A DNA stretch of 64,000 nt from Marsupella aquatica (Eukaryota > Plantae > Marchantiophyta), in NCBI GenBank assembly GCA_973895155.1, contig OZ316897.1, positions 8,081,732-8,145,731 of the forward strand. Reading direction: 5' to 3'. Both the position numbers and the translations under genes were made by a program. This document shows, one piece after another, positions 36,843-48,593 of the stretch. Below the pieces are notes generated by a model that saw nothing but the letters and a program-made list of their open reading frames with translations, was not told where the DNA came from and searched no databases. The stretch's first letter is position 1; each line of letters starts with the position of its first letter.

Positions 36843-38411
36843 CTACATACGCAAGAGAAGATGGGCAATATGCTCGTCGGAAATAGACACCTCCTTCGGT
36901 ATATTAAGGGAAATTGCCAGTCGCGCTGCTAGTTGATGCTTACACTGCCAAAAGTTCAGATGCTCCAAGCATGAATGATAAACGAAACTGCGTCTTAGCA
37001 ACAAAATCTAACAACGGCCAATAATTTAGACAATCCCTGTTTATCTAGCTTGTAAGATAGTTTGGTGATTTAACTATAATTTTGTTTCAAGGAATTTTTC
37101 GCAGATGCCACCAACCTAGAAGACAGGTCAATTTCATTTCCGATCTATTCTTTGTACAGCATGGGCTCAAAGAAATTGGAAGTTGCACATCTAAGGAATC
37201 AATGATAGCGAGCCAAACATTTTCTAAATCCTATCTTCATTGCCTATAGAAGCGATTCTAAGCAGCTAAATAACGTGTTTCGGGTCATATAGTGCAGAAG
37301 AACAAAAACTCACACATAATTGTTGTCCACGAGACACCACTTCGAAGTGAAATGCTGGGCAAGAGCAGAAATGTTCCGGAAAGCACAAGTATTGATTCTG
37401 ACCCTTAGACTCGGCATCAACCTGCCAAATGAAACCAAAAAAAACGGATAGAGGTCACTCTCTATACCAGGTCATGGTTTACTTTCATTCATTCGCTATT
37501 TATTCCCCCACCCAAACTTATGACCCAAAAGACATGCCCCGTTTTGAATCAATTCTTTACTTCAGTTCAGTCGTTTTAGAGGGCTTTACAATTTGTCCAG
37601 GTGAACAATTACACCATCCTTGAGCTGTCAAAGAATTTCCTGGCATGCAGACTTAGTTAATTGAGGGCAATGCCTATTGGTGCCCAGGCTAGCTTACCTG
37701 AAAGACTACCCGACCACTAGGATTAGCCGTAAGTCTGGTCACACCTTGGTTGTCTAATATATGCAATGCTTTCTCCAAGTTCTTGTTGAACAAAAAATAC
37801 AGCCTGCATCAGCAAGAAGTTAAGCTGAGCCCATTGGTGCCTCGAGTAACTTAAACAAAGAGTAAAACTGGAAACGAACTTGACTGGGGGGACAAATAAA
37901 GATCGAGATGTAGCAATTAAGGACACTAACTTACCTGATACATTTCCTGAGAAAACTAAATGCGGGAGGAATTCATGTCCATACTGAATGAACGAATTGG
38001 CAGACAAAGACTTACATACGGAGTTGATCTTTGTTCACTGCAGACACACAAAGCAAGACAGGGTCAATAGCACTTCAAAGGAGCCTATCGATAGCGTTGA
38101 ATACCCTGAAACGCATTGCACTAAAGAAAAGCATTGACAGGGATAAAACCAAATCAACCCACAAGAATACAGTCTCATATTCGATCTGAGACCAAATCCT
38201 GCCCGGCGGTCAGCCCTAACTCTAAACCCATCCACCTATAGAATGACGTGAGCAGGCAGATGTCCTGGAATGTGTCAAGATAGTTGAAATGGGGAGGAGA
38301 GATAAGGTGAGAGTACTGACAAGATTCTGAACCTGCTGCAAATGGAGATGAGCCGGGTGGCACAGGCTTGATGCTCGCCAAAGCCTGCTTCACCGCTTCC
38401 TCTGTAGCCAT
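36843..38411 (-). CDS. SSN2: SWIM zinc-finger protein, ZSWIM7/SWS1/Arabidopsis SSN2 homologue (Shu-complex-type recombination factor), ~138 aa, 5 exons
   Basis: Minus-strand exons 38411-38333, 38037-38016 (22 nt), 37803-37698, 37421-37314, 36944-36843 splice in phase to MATEEAVKQALASIKPVPPGSSPFAAVNKDQLRMLYFLFNKNLEKALHILDNQGVTRLTANPSGRVVFQVDAESKGQNQYLCFPEHFCSCPAFHFEVVSRGQQLCCKHQLAARLAISLNIPKEVSISDEHIAHLLLRM*. It contains the SWIM motif CxC-x15-CxH plus the family-typical PSGR and CKHQLAARLA segments. Confidence 0.92.
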
Positions 38412-40204
38412 GAATTAAGTCATCTCAAGAACCCAAGACCAGCACAGCAGTGCTCCTTCCGTGGAGCTCTACATCCAGGATGTCAAACAAAAATTATTAG
38501 ATTTCGGGAATCTACTCCAATTCCACCCCTCATGCCAACTGTCCAACTGCTCTCTGACAAGACTCCGCTGTCAATCCACTAAAAATCGAAGCATAACCAT
38601 GAAATTCTACAATGTACTTTCGTCTATCACAGATAAGTGAATTGCATTCAGCCATATAAAGCAGAATAATATTTTACTGAAAGCGCGTCCAAAAAGTTCT
38701 ACACAAATCTGGACAAAAAAAGGTTAGTGGTCTCAAGACCCACAAGGACAAGGAGTCTGATTTGCTTGCTTGTGAAGGCGATAATGCGATTGTCACTCGG
38801 AATTCGGAAATACAAATTGCTTTCCAGGGGGAGAGGGGGCAGTAGCGTGAGGCATGGAACCAGCTAAAGTATAATGACTGTGAGCATGATATTCGGAGTA
38901 TGATTATTGCAATAGCGTTTCAAAGGTTTGTCTGTTGGGATGATGGCTTTAGGCCAGGAACGTTTTTCAGATCGTTGTCTAGAAGTTTCTCTTACTTTTT
39001 TCAGCTGCCTCTACAATGACTTTAGGTTATGAAGGATGATTATTCTGTATGGCAAAAAGTTATGGATTATAACTTTAGTAGCTTACAAAAGATGATTATT
39101 TTGTATGGCAAAAAGTTATGGATTATAAATTTAGTAGTCCATCTGACTAATAAAGCTCCATGCAAAGTTGCATTCTAAGGCTATGAACAAAACTCTAGGG
39201 TGAAGTCTCTACAACATTTCTCTCAATAAGGACATGATGAAGTCTCTAGACCATTCCTCTCAATAACGACAAACCTGGAAGTGAACAAAAAATAGAGATG
39301 GGGCAAAGATAAAGGAATAGGACAAAACTAAAAATGAGGGTGGACAAAAAATAAAGATGGGGCAAAGATGAACGGAAAGTATCATAGAATTCTTTGTTTG
39401 CAAGAATTTTTGTGTCTTCATTTCAATTTACATTCAAGGAATGGGTAATCAGGCTTTTTGTGTCTTCATCTTATTCATGTTCAAAGAACCCGTAATCAGG
39501 CTAATCAGGCTAGTAATTTTTTGCAGTGAGGGCATGGAAGGCAATATTAAGTGTGATCATTTCTTATTGCAAAAAGTTAGGAGTATAGATTTGGTAGCCC
39601 GTGACTTTTAAGTAGGTGAGGCATGAACCAGCTATTAATAGTACAATGAGTGCAAGCAAGGTATTACAACTAGCATTTTTCAGTGGCTAAAATTTGCTAG
39701 ATTCCACTTCTCTGTCAAAGTGTTGATAGTTTTTGGCTAAAATTTGCTAGGTTTTTTTCGTCCAGTAGCCAGTTTCACAGGGAGCCACATTTCCCGTTAA
39801 CCAGAATCTAGTAGTGAACCTTACTTTTCTGGAGATCTGACGGACATAAATATATCTAGAAAAAATAGATAAATAATATTTCTAGCATCTTCACTTTCTC
39901 AAAGTGACATTAGCCAACCTGGTAGAAAAGGACACGCCTTGAAAATTATGCTGATTCGGACTGCGTACTCCCCACACAATACAAAAGGGTGGAGTATAAA
40001 AACGTCAATAGTGTGTGTCAAAGCTGGTGTGAAGGGCTGAGTGATAGCTTGAGCCACAAAGAAACAACCCTGATTTTTTCACATGGCTGTGTAAAAGTTT
40101 CTAGTTTTTGTCCCACTTAGTCTGATGGTCATCAATCCACTATCACAAGGGATCTTGCCAAAATCCCTTGTTGATCGATGCACAAAATTGGAAGAATCTA
40201 TATC

Positions 40205-40490
40205 ACACCGCTACGTGGAAAGGAGGTACCCAAAGATATACTTACTGTTTCAATTGAATATCAACTACATGTGCAGGGCTATACTTGCTTTTACAAGAGA
40301 ATATCAGGTACATGTGCTGGATTGACTGACAAGGAGTACCCAAAGATATGCTTACTTTTACAATTGAATATCAGGTACATGTGCTGGCTGGAGTGGCTGC
40401 AATGTTAGAGGCGCATGGATTGACTGACAAGGAGTACCCAAAGATATGGTTACTTTTGCAATTGAATATCAGGTACATGTGTTGGCGGCT
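40205..40490. repeat. Degenerate tandem repeat, ~3 copies
   Basis: Recurring GTACCCAAAGATAT...TTACT.TT.CAATTGAATATCA(GG)TACATGTG. Confidence 0.8.
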
Positions 40491-41675
40491 ACGTTAGAGA
40501 CACATAAACTCATAAAGTGTCTTTTCATGCACATAGGAGTACTAGGGAAGTACATTAGCATGAGAGCCTTTTGGGGCATACGAGACTTTTGGCTTTTTCC
40601 TACTGAGGATGAGAATTTCTAAAACAAATTGGGTCAATTTTGTTTTCTATTTCCTATTTTTTGTCCTCTTTATGAATTGTGTTGAACGGAAGAAAAGGGG
40701 AAGGGAGGAAGAGAGGAAGGGAGCAGCAAGGGAGGGAAGAGAAAAGAAAACAAGGGGAGGGAACAAATAAAAAAGTTCTCCCTCCACATAACATTGTGCG
40801 ACTGCATCTTGATCCCACGAAGCAACAAAAAGGAGATTTAAATCTATCTGATTTGTTACGACTGCACACAATTACAGGGGATGCCTAAACTTTAGAATAC
40901 CCCAAAAAACTTGGCTGGCGCAAGAAAATTCCAAACAACCGTGAGACGGATGACATAGAGAGTCCAGCCTCGTGACCTAAATAAGAAAGGTTCTGAGCCT
41001 GGAGGAGTTCCTGTTGCGCAAGGTTACGGATCCAATTAACGCACCAAACACGGTGGCCATTGCCTGTCTTGCATGTTACTCCCACCTCCCACATCCTTGC
41101 CCTCCCCAATAACACCACTTTTGCAACAACATACATGCCCAGATGGATCTCTCAGGATGACAAAATGCCCCAATGGATTCTGACAACCTGGATGGACCTT
41201 GACCAAACGTCTATTTTAACTCAGATAATACTTCTTACAATTGTGTCTGTAATATAACTTGTAACGGGAGGGACACAGGGTACAGCCGGTAGTCAGTCCA
41301 TTAAGCCGGAGCCATAGCAGATCAGCTTGGCATTGTCCAGTCCTTCTGTCCCATTCTTTGTGTAAATTGTTGAGCTCTCTGAATGCAAGACTAGAAGTCA
41401 AGGCTATTGCAAGGGCTACTGACCATGAAGTTTGTGTACACCATGACAGTTTGCTCCAAAGGACCAAGACCATATACAAGGCTTAAGAACTATTTTCTCT
41501 TGTGTGTCTTTTGGTAGGACAACAACCAAAGCATGTAATCCATGTTAAGACATGTCCTACTACACTGGGAGAAGCATGTCGGAGAAGTATGATTGAGTGA
41601 AACTTTTACAATGGATAAAATACATCCATATCCACTCTAAAGGATACGGTCACCTCACTTTTGTCACCCTAAGTG

Positions 41676-42650
41676 GAGATATATGCTTGATGGGCCCCCT
41701 GGTGAACCTTTCTTACCTGATGGGCCCCTAGGTAACTTTTTTTACCAAGTAGGACCCCTCTTAATGACCAGTACACCTGTCCTTGTGTGGTGCCTACTAT
41801 GTATGGTGACTCCAAGCAAACTGCACAGTTGAACCGTGCGGTCAACCTTGCATGGTCGACCAAGAAACCACGGAGATGATTCGGGAGAAACCGCGAAAAG
41901 CGACTGCCACTGTCGAAACTATGATTTGAAGACAATATGCATTATGTCTTCGGATTCAATGGGTTAATGCCTGAAGACTCAATGGATTATGTCTTCCTGT
42001 GTTTCAAGGTTTAGGGTTTAGGGTGTACCCTGACACCTTTGGGTCTGTCTTCTTTTGAAATTGTTTGTATGCATTGCACAGGGGAGTATTACCATTTTTT
42101 GAGCGCAATTGTCAATCATTTGCCAATTTTTGTTGTGGCGGCACTAGGCAAATTCTGAACATTGAACTTGAATATTCTTTGTGGACATTTGGAGGTACCC
42201 CACACTGACGCTGACAGTTGTGCATGAAAACATCGTGAAAAATCCATGTGCGCAACGTGAAAAACATACCTAATAACTACCCACGATACGGTAAAAATTT
42301 GAACCCGAAGACATAATCCATTGTGTCTTCAGGCATTAACCCAGTGAATCCAAAGACATAATGCATATTGTCTTCAAATCGCAATTTCGACAGTGGCAGT
42401 CGCTTTTCGCGGTTTCTCTCAAATAATCTTTGTGGTTTCTTGGTCAACCATGTAAAGTCGACCGCACGATTCAACTGTGCAATTTTCTTGGAGTCACTGT
42501 ACATAGTAGGCACCACACAAGGACAGGTGTAGGCACCACACAAGAACAGGTGTACTGGTCATTAAGAGGGGTCCTACTTGGTAAAAAAAGTTACCTAGGG
42601 GCCCATCAGGTAAGAAAGGTTCACCAGGGGGCCCATCAAGCATATATCTC
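41676..42650. mobile_element. Non-autonomous Mutator-like element (MULE), 975 bp, ~320-bp terminal inverted repeats
   Basis: Left TIR begins GAGATATATGCTTGATGGGCCCCC (41676-~41996) and the right TIR ends GGGGGCCCATCAAGCATATATCTC (~42307-42650). A perfect 9-bp direct repeat CCCTAAGTG lies at 41667-41675 and 42651-42659. A 9-bp TSD with long G-starting TIRs is diagnostic of Mutator. Confidence 0.9.
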
Positions 42651-44841
42651 CCCTAAGTGATATGGTCACATCACTTTTGTCATAGTACTTTACTGTCAGG
42701 TGTGTAAAGTGCATGAATCAATTGAGGTTCATGTGCTTGGTCCATTCAAGCATCCATTTGTGAGGGGGAGCAGTTTTACATTTGCATATTTTTCTAATTC
42801 ACTTTTACCTTTTTGGAGGGACCAGCCCAAAACTTCCAACATTCTTCTTGTAAAACTTCTTAAGGAAGGTTTTATTAATGAAGGGCAGTGAGATCAAGCT
42901 GCCAACATTTCTAATCTTTGGCCAAGACTTGGCTTGCTTGATGTGCCCTGGCATCTCTATTAGTCTTGCCTTGACTTTCACCCCAATTATTGCCCCAGCT
43001 CTTTCCAGGCTCTAATTCCGATTTGTGTCGTCCGTGCCCTGCTTTTGTTCTATCTGCAGTATTGTTGACTACATAATTCTCTTGGCTCGACTGTCACCCC
43101 TTCTCTCACTATTCATTTGAGCCTTGATGTTGTCCCCTACTTCTGTGTTGACTTCTGCATCATTTGATCATACATTTGTGCAATCTGATCAAATAGGATT
43201 TGTCCAATGACAACGCCTTTCAAATGGGCAGGAACAAATTTTGGCCATTGCAAAAATCCAGTTCTATCTGAACATTTGAGCACCGTCCCCATAGCCCCCT
43301 TTAATCCCCCCTCCCTGCACGCCCTATGTGCCTTGCCTCACCAGTGATGTCCATTTGTGCCTCATCCCAGCCTCCCTGAGGCCCCATTGCATGCACGGTG
43401 AATGGGGGAAGAAGGCGGGAGCAGGAGTTGTGGGGGAGGGAAAAGGAAAAGAAAAATATCCTTCCTAATAGCACTGTGCTTGGACCCAATGACGCCCCAG
43501 CTGCCATTGCACATCTTGTACTCCGTCCAGGCTGTGTCTATGCACTTCCTGGCTTCACCTGCACTTCTTTTCCTCACTTCAATGACTATGTGCCATTCAC
43601 AGCATTGGGCTGGACAATGATAACATGCCGCTATGATTGCATACTTAGCCACAATGACACCTAAAATGCCATGACAACTTCCTTGCGTCACCTGCATTTA
43701 TTTGCCTCATCTCAACATCTTCTGTTCAATGCATCGGCATAGGCTAGTTCCTTATGTTATACAGCGTTATGGATTATGAATTTGGATTCTACAATCTTTT
43801 TGTCCCATAGTGCACTTAATGTAGTGTTTATCCTCTAACCTCTTTTGCTTTTCCTTCACTGTACTTTGTTTGGCCCTTTATAATAAATTGGTCGTTACCA
43901 CTCTTAACATAGTAGTTAAAGTACATCAAGTTTTGAGGTTGGAGACCCACTAAAAGTGCCTTGCTTCCATCCACACGGGCATCCACATGCCCATCAGTGA
44001 TGAACCACGTCCATCCCAAGGAGCCATCTGGTGGCACTCATGTCATTATCTAGGAAAGCATAAAGCATCCCTGTCAGCTGCCTAGTGTACCCAATCATAC
44101 AACATGGTAATCTAAACAACTCTTTAAAAGCATTCTTCATTTGTAAAGTATTACACTCATAAGAATCTCATGGAGAGAGAAAACTTGCTCATGGCAAGGT
44201 AGCTCATGAGAGAGAAAACTTGTGCATGACAAGGTAGGTAAACTGATTATACAATTTGTAGACGTGGTGCTACAGCACTATATGTATACTTTGATTCATT
44301 ATAGAAGTCTACAATTCATTACCTATTCTCTAGAGTGAAGCCACATGCTGAGATTTCTCTCATCTGTAACAACAATTTTTTAATTTTACTAAATGCTTGT
44401 GAGCAAGGATGGAGAGTCTGGGTATCAGGAGCTCCTGGGCATACACATAGGTATGGGGCTAGTGTACACTTATGCGTGACACAGTTATCATGGAGCACTG
44501 GACAGAACTCGGGGGGGCGCACATAATCTGTTACAACCTGGTTCAGGAGGAGACCCACTAATAAAAGCACAAAATTCACCCAAGGTTCCATGAATAGTCC
44601 CCATCCATAGGCTCATACTTGCCTAACTAATAATTTGCATCAAAAGCTATACTCTGAAGCCTGTAGACCAAGACACTCAGATGGCAGCAAGTTTTGGGGT
44701 TTGCGAGGCAACACGTGGGGAAGGCACCATGGGCCTGAGCAAAGCTTGGGCAGTCAGACTAGTCACAGTAAAGGTTCACAAGCCCAGTCACATTTCTCCC
44801 TCCAAAAGTATGCAAGTCATCCTTAGACAAACTCTATAGAA

Positions 44842-46477
44842 CAGGCAGACCTTGATATTAAGTGCAAGGGTTTGATTTCATCTTTCTTTTTGCACTTATC
44901 AGGTATTGCAATTGATTGGTAAGTGCAATTAGTTAATGAAATTGCTACTATTGGTAAGTACAGGTTAACAATGGCTTTGAACTTATATCCTGATGACTGC
45001 TTGTCTTTACATTCACAGATTGATACTCTGAGACCTCAATTACACGCAAGAAGTATACTGACAATTGAAGGAGTTGCACTAACTGGTAACTGCAATCTGT
45101 GATGAAACTTGCACCATAGTCCAGGTCCCTCCCTCCCACAGTCCCACTAGATCTCACCCTGCCCTTTAATCTTTTGTCAGACTCAAAAGTACGAAGATCG
45201 CAGCTGAGATTCCAGACCCAAACCTGTTGGACAGCAACTGTTCCAGAAATTGTGGGAGGAAATAATAGTCACTTTTAGTTCACTTTCTTCATTTGTTATT
45301 GAAGAACATCATTATTGTCACTGGATCCAACAGGTTCATTAATAGTGGCGGTTTCAATCAGAGTACACCCCAAGGCATGATGATTTTATTGAAGTGAACT
45401 TGGTATATACTTTCCATTTTTAAAAAATTTTCTCTTCTCTGTAAGACTTGATAATGTTAGAGGAAGGAAATTACCTGCAGCTATGTATCGTCCCACCAAA
45501 TGAGTTGTGGGAGACATCCTAAAGTATTTCACAAGGTCTGTTGTGTTGTGGGGATAAGAGGGCAGCAACGGGTTGCCCTCACCATTTTCTTCTCTCCCAC
45601 GTACAAATTTGAGGTGGATGTCAGGCTAAGGGAGAACCCAGGTTTCCACTAACAGGTTTGTTTCCACTACTAGTAAGTGTCTAAGATTGGTTAATTTTTG
45701 TGCTTATAGATCAGTTTCCAATTCTAAAAACAATTGTCTTAAGCAAAATATTATTGCACTTATTAATTTTACCAGGCCTTTCAGTTTGTCAATCAATAGG
45801 CTTTAGATTTTTAGTTTTTGGTTAATGTGGTGGACTTTACCTGGGGACTCTTGGGCTTTGAGCTTTCCCTTGCTTTCTTCAGGGGCATTGGGTCCTCTAT
45901 CGGTTTTTGTTGTTGTGGTAGTGGACTTTAGTTGAGGGCTCTTGGGCTTTGGGGCTTCTTTGGGCTTGTCCCTTGCTTGTGCCTTGCTTGTTGGTATTTG
46001 TTGTTGTTGTGGTGGACTTTAGTTGAGAACTCTTGGGCTTTGGGGCTTCTTGGGCTTGTCCCTTGCTTGTTGGTATTTGTTGTGGTGGTGGTGGACTTTA
46101 GTTGAGGACTCTTGGGCTTTGGGGCTTCTTGGGCTTGTCCCTTGCTTGTTGGAGGATCAAGTGTCCCAGTTGGGCACATTTGTTTTTTGGCCATTTGATA
46201 TAATTATACTTATCAGGTCCGCACTGAAGTTGCAATTTTGATGGTGAAAGTTTTGTTACAAAAACTTACTGCACATTAAATAGGTCAGTCATACAAGCAT
46301 AACATAAACCAAAACACATGAAATTTAAATCACTTGGTTTGTTAGTTTGTAGATCATAAATAGTGTATTGATTTATATTTTAGTGTGCAGAGCGCATTAA
46401 CTTGACGGAGATTAACACACTTGTGCACTTATCACCTGATTTCAGTTATTGAGGTTGCACTCATAGAGGTCTGACTG
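44842..46477. mobile_element. Possible degenerate Tc1/mariner-like non-autonomous element
   Basis: Left end CAGGCAGACCTTGATATTAAGTGCAA resembles the reverse complement of the right end, CAGTCAGACCTCTATGAGTGCAA, which is followed by TA. It shares AAGTGCAA/TGCACTTATCA motifs with the 23.0-23.6 kb element. Confidence 0.35.
45830..46150. repeat. GT-rich ~70-95-bp tandem repeat
   Basis: GTGGACTTTAGTTGAG..CTCTTGGGCTTTGGGGCTTCTTGGGCTTGTCCCTTGCTTGT in three copies plus a degenerate fourth. Confidence 0.85.
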
Positions 46478-46857
46478 TAGCTTATTTGCCAGTTCATATT
46501 TTGAGCCAAATTTCAGAATTGCAACCCCATCATTGCGTCAACACTCCGAGATTATCAGCTGTCCAGCTGATCCTAGGACTCCCCCACAATCCAAGGCCAT
46601 AATTATGCGCATGTCCCTAAAGTCTCGGGCATGAGGATGGAGAAACAGACAAATTGATTACTTGCGCTGATTATTCTAATCTTCCGACATAATCAAAGCC
46701 ATCACTTTCCGAGTTTCCATGGTTGACAATTTGACATGAGAGACTTGTGGGCTGTCTTTCTGTCATCATCGATCGATCCCGCATCATCCTCAGTCTCTTG
46801 CTGTGTGATTTGGCCAACCTTCGATCCGGAATTGCTTTAATGAGTCAGGCAGCCAAG

Positions 46858-47137
46858 AGAATCTAGACGGTAGAAGCACCGATCGCTCATTCTTTCTTCC
46901 TAGACGAGATCCGGGGTTCACTTGGGTTGAGTCACGTCCGGTTCTACTGTAGACGGTAGAAGCATCGTTCTTCTACTCAGACGTACACGAAGAATCTAGA
47001 CGGTAGAAGCACCGATCGCTCATTCTTTCTTCCTAGTGAGACACGAGAATACGAGATCCGGGGTTCACTTGGGTTGAGTCACGTCCGGTTCTACTGTAGA
47101 CGGTAGAAGCATCGTTCCTCTACTCAGACGTACACGA
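46858..47137. repeat. Near-identical ~134-145-bp tandem duplication upstream of the LRR-RLK
   Basis: AGAATCTAGACGGTAGAAGCACCGATCGCTC...CTACTCAGACGTACACGAA occurs twice; the second copy has a short insertion. Confidence 0.9.
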
Positions 47138-48593
47138 ATGCGCAGCTGAAACCGTTAGATTCAGAGAGCACTTGACTGTTCCCAGAGGGGGCACCGGCAT
47201 CGTCGTTGCTCATCAGCTTGTTGTGGGGTCTCGGTAACTGCACATCAAAATATGACATATACCTTGTACGGCACCCCTGCATACCGTGATAATACTAGTT
47301 TTTTTCTTTCAATCAATGAATGCAGCCACATTTTGATGTGTGATTACCAGCAGGGCTTGTTGTGTTGTGTTCCCGCTTGTGTTCACTTGTTTAGCTGCGT
47401 GGTGAGATTCGATCGGCTGTTAATTTGGCCGGGGTGGGACCACTGGCCTCGTGTCACTACTATCTACTGTATTATTGATTGATTATATCGATCCAGGCAA
47501 GGCAGGGCTAACACTTTGAAAGTGACAAGGGACAAACAGTGATCACTTTTTCGTGCTGGCTTTTCTCCATCACTAAAATTATGCATCCATTCGGGTAGAT
47601 ACCATGTCCTTTCCTCCACTTAGACTCCGTGAAATGCTCTTTGGTGATGTGGACTCGAGTTTGATGGGCTCGACTGACATCCCCAATCGAAATTGTCCAG
47701 AGGTCGGAGCAAGTGCTTCCAACTCCTTTACCATCCCGATCCCAGCCAGCTACTGCAGCCGAGGATGCTCAAATTAGAGGCAAGCTGCAGTAGAGAAGGC
47801 AGGAACCAGCATTATGTCACCATCTTCACCAGCTGGAATCGCAGTAGGTCTACGAAGGAGGCGAGCTGACCTCATCCAGTGGGGAGCGCAGGCCCAATTG
47901 GACTGGCCACGCATGGAAGGACAGAGTAGTCCAAAGCGATGAAGTTTAGTTTGTGAAGGAGAGATGATAATGGCTTTTTCGGTGTGGAGTGCAGACAATA
48001 TGCATCATTTGATCAGCAAGCAGTCAATCATAAGTTCAGCGTCAATGTTCAGGAGTCATTCTGCAGGTGATAACCACACATGTACACTGTCTTGATCAGT
48101 TTGGGCCACGTACTTTTGCACCTTGCATGCACAGTTTGCAAGCAGCTTTGGCTGCTGGATGCTGGGTCTGAATGTTCAAAACCATGAAGAGAGAGCTAGA
48201 GAGCAATGATACTTTCAGACTCCATGGAGATTGACGTTCCTGTCGACTGATAGATTGATTGTCGATGAGAAGGATGTAAGCAATGACTGTAGAAGAGGCC
48301 TAGCTAATTCAAGTAGAAAACAATCCATTTGATTAAAAGTTCACGTGTTTGTCAGCCTGCCTAAGAGATTTGTTACTTCTTGTTTAAATTGCAAACCCTT
48401 GGGAGGTTTCTCGGACTGAAGATTGGATTTCTAATGTCGCTGGGAGGTTGGTGGTTGATCATCTGATCAGAACCAGTTTCAGGATGCTGGGTCTTTCAAT
48501 TTGGCCGGTGACTGAATTCCAGACCAATTCTCCTGGAAAGGTGCCGAGAGCACAGGTCCAACTGTAGCAAACTTAGGGATCGTATTCATCGGC

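Noticed and set aside
39969-40080. USE-like CCCACAC + TATAAAA followed by a T6 run, as a Pol III snRNA gene
   Set aside because: The USE match is poor, the USE-TATA spacing is too short, and the downstream sequence resembles no snRNA I recognise.
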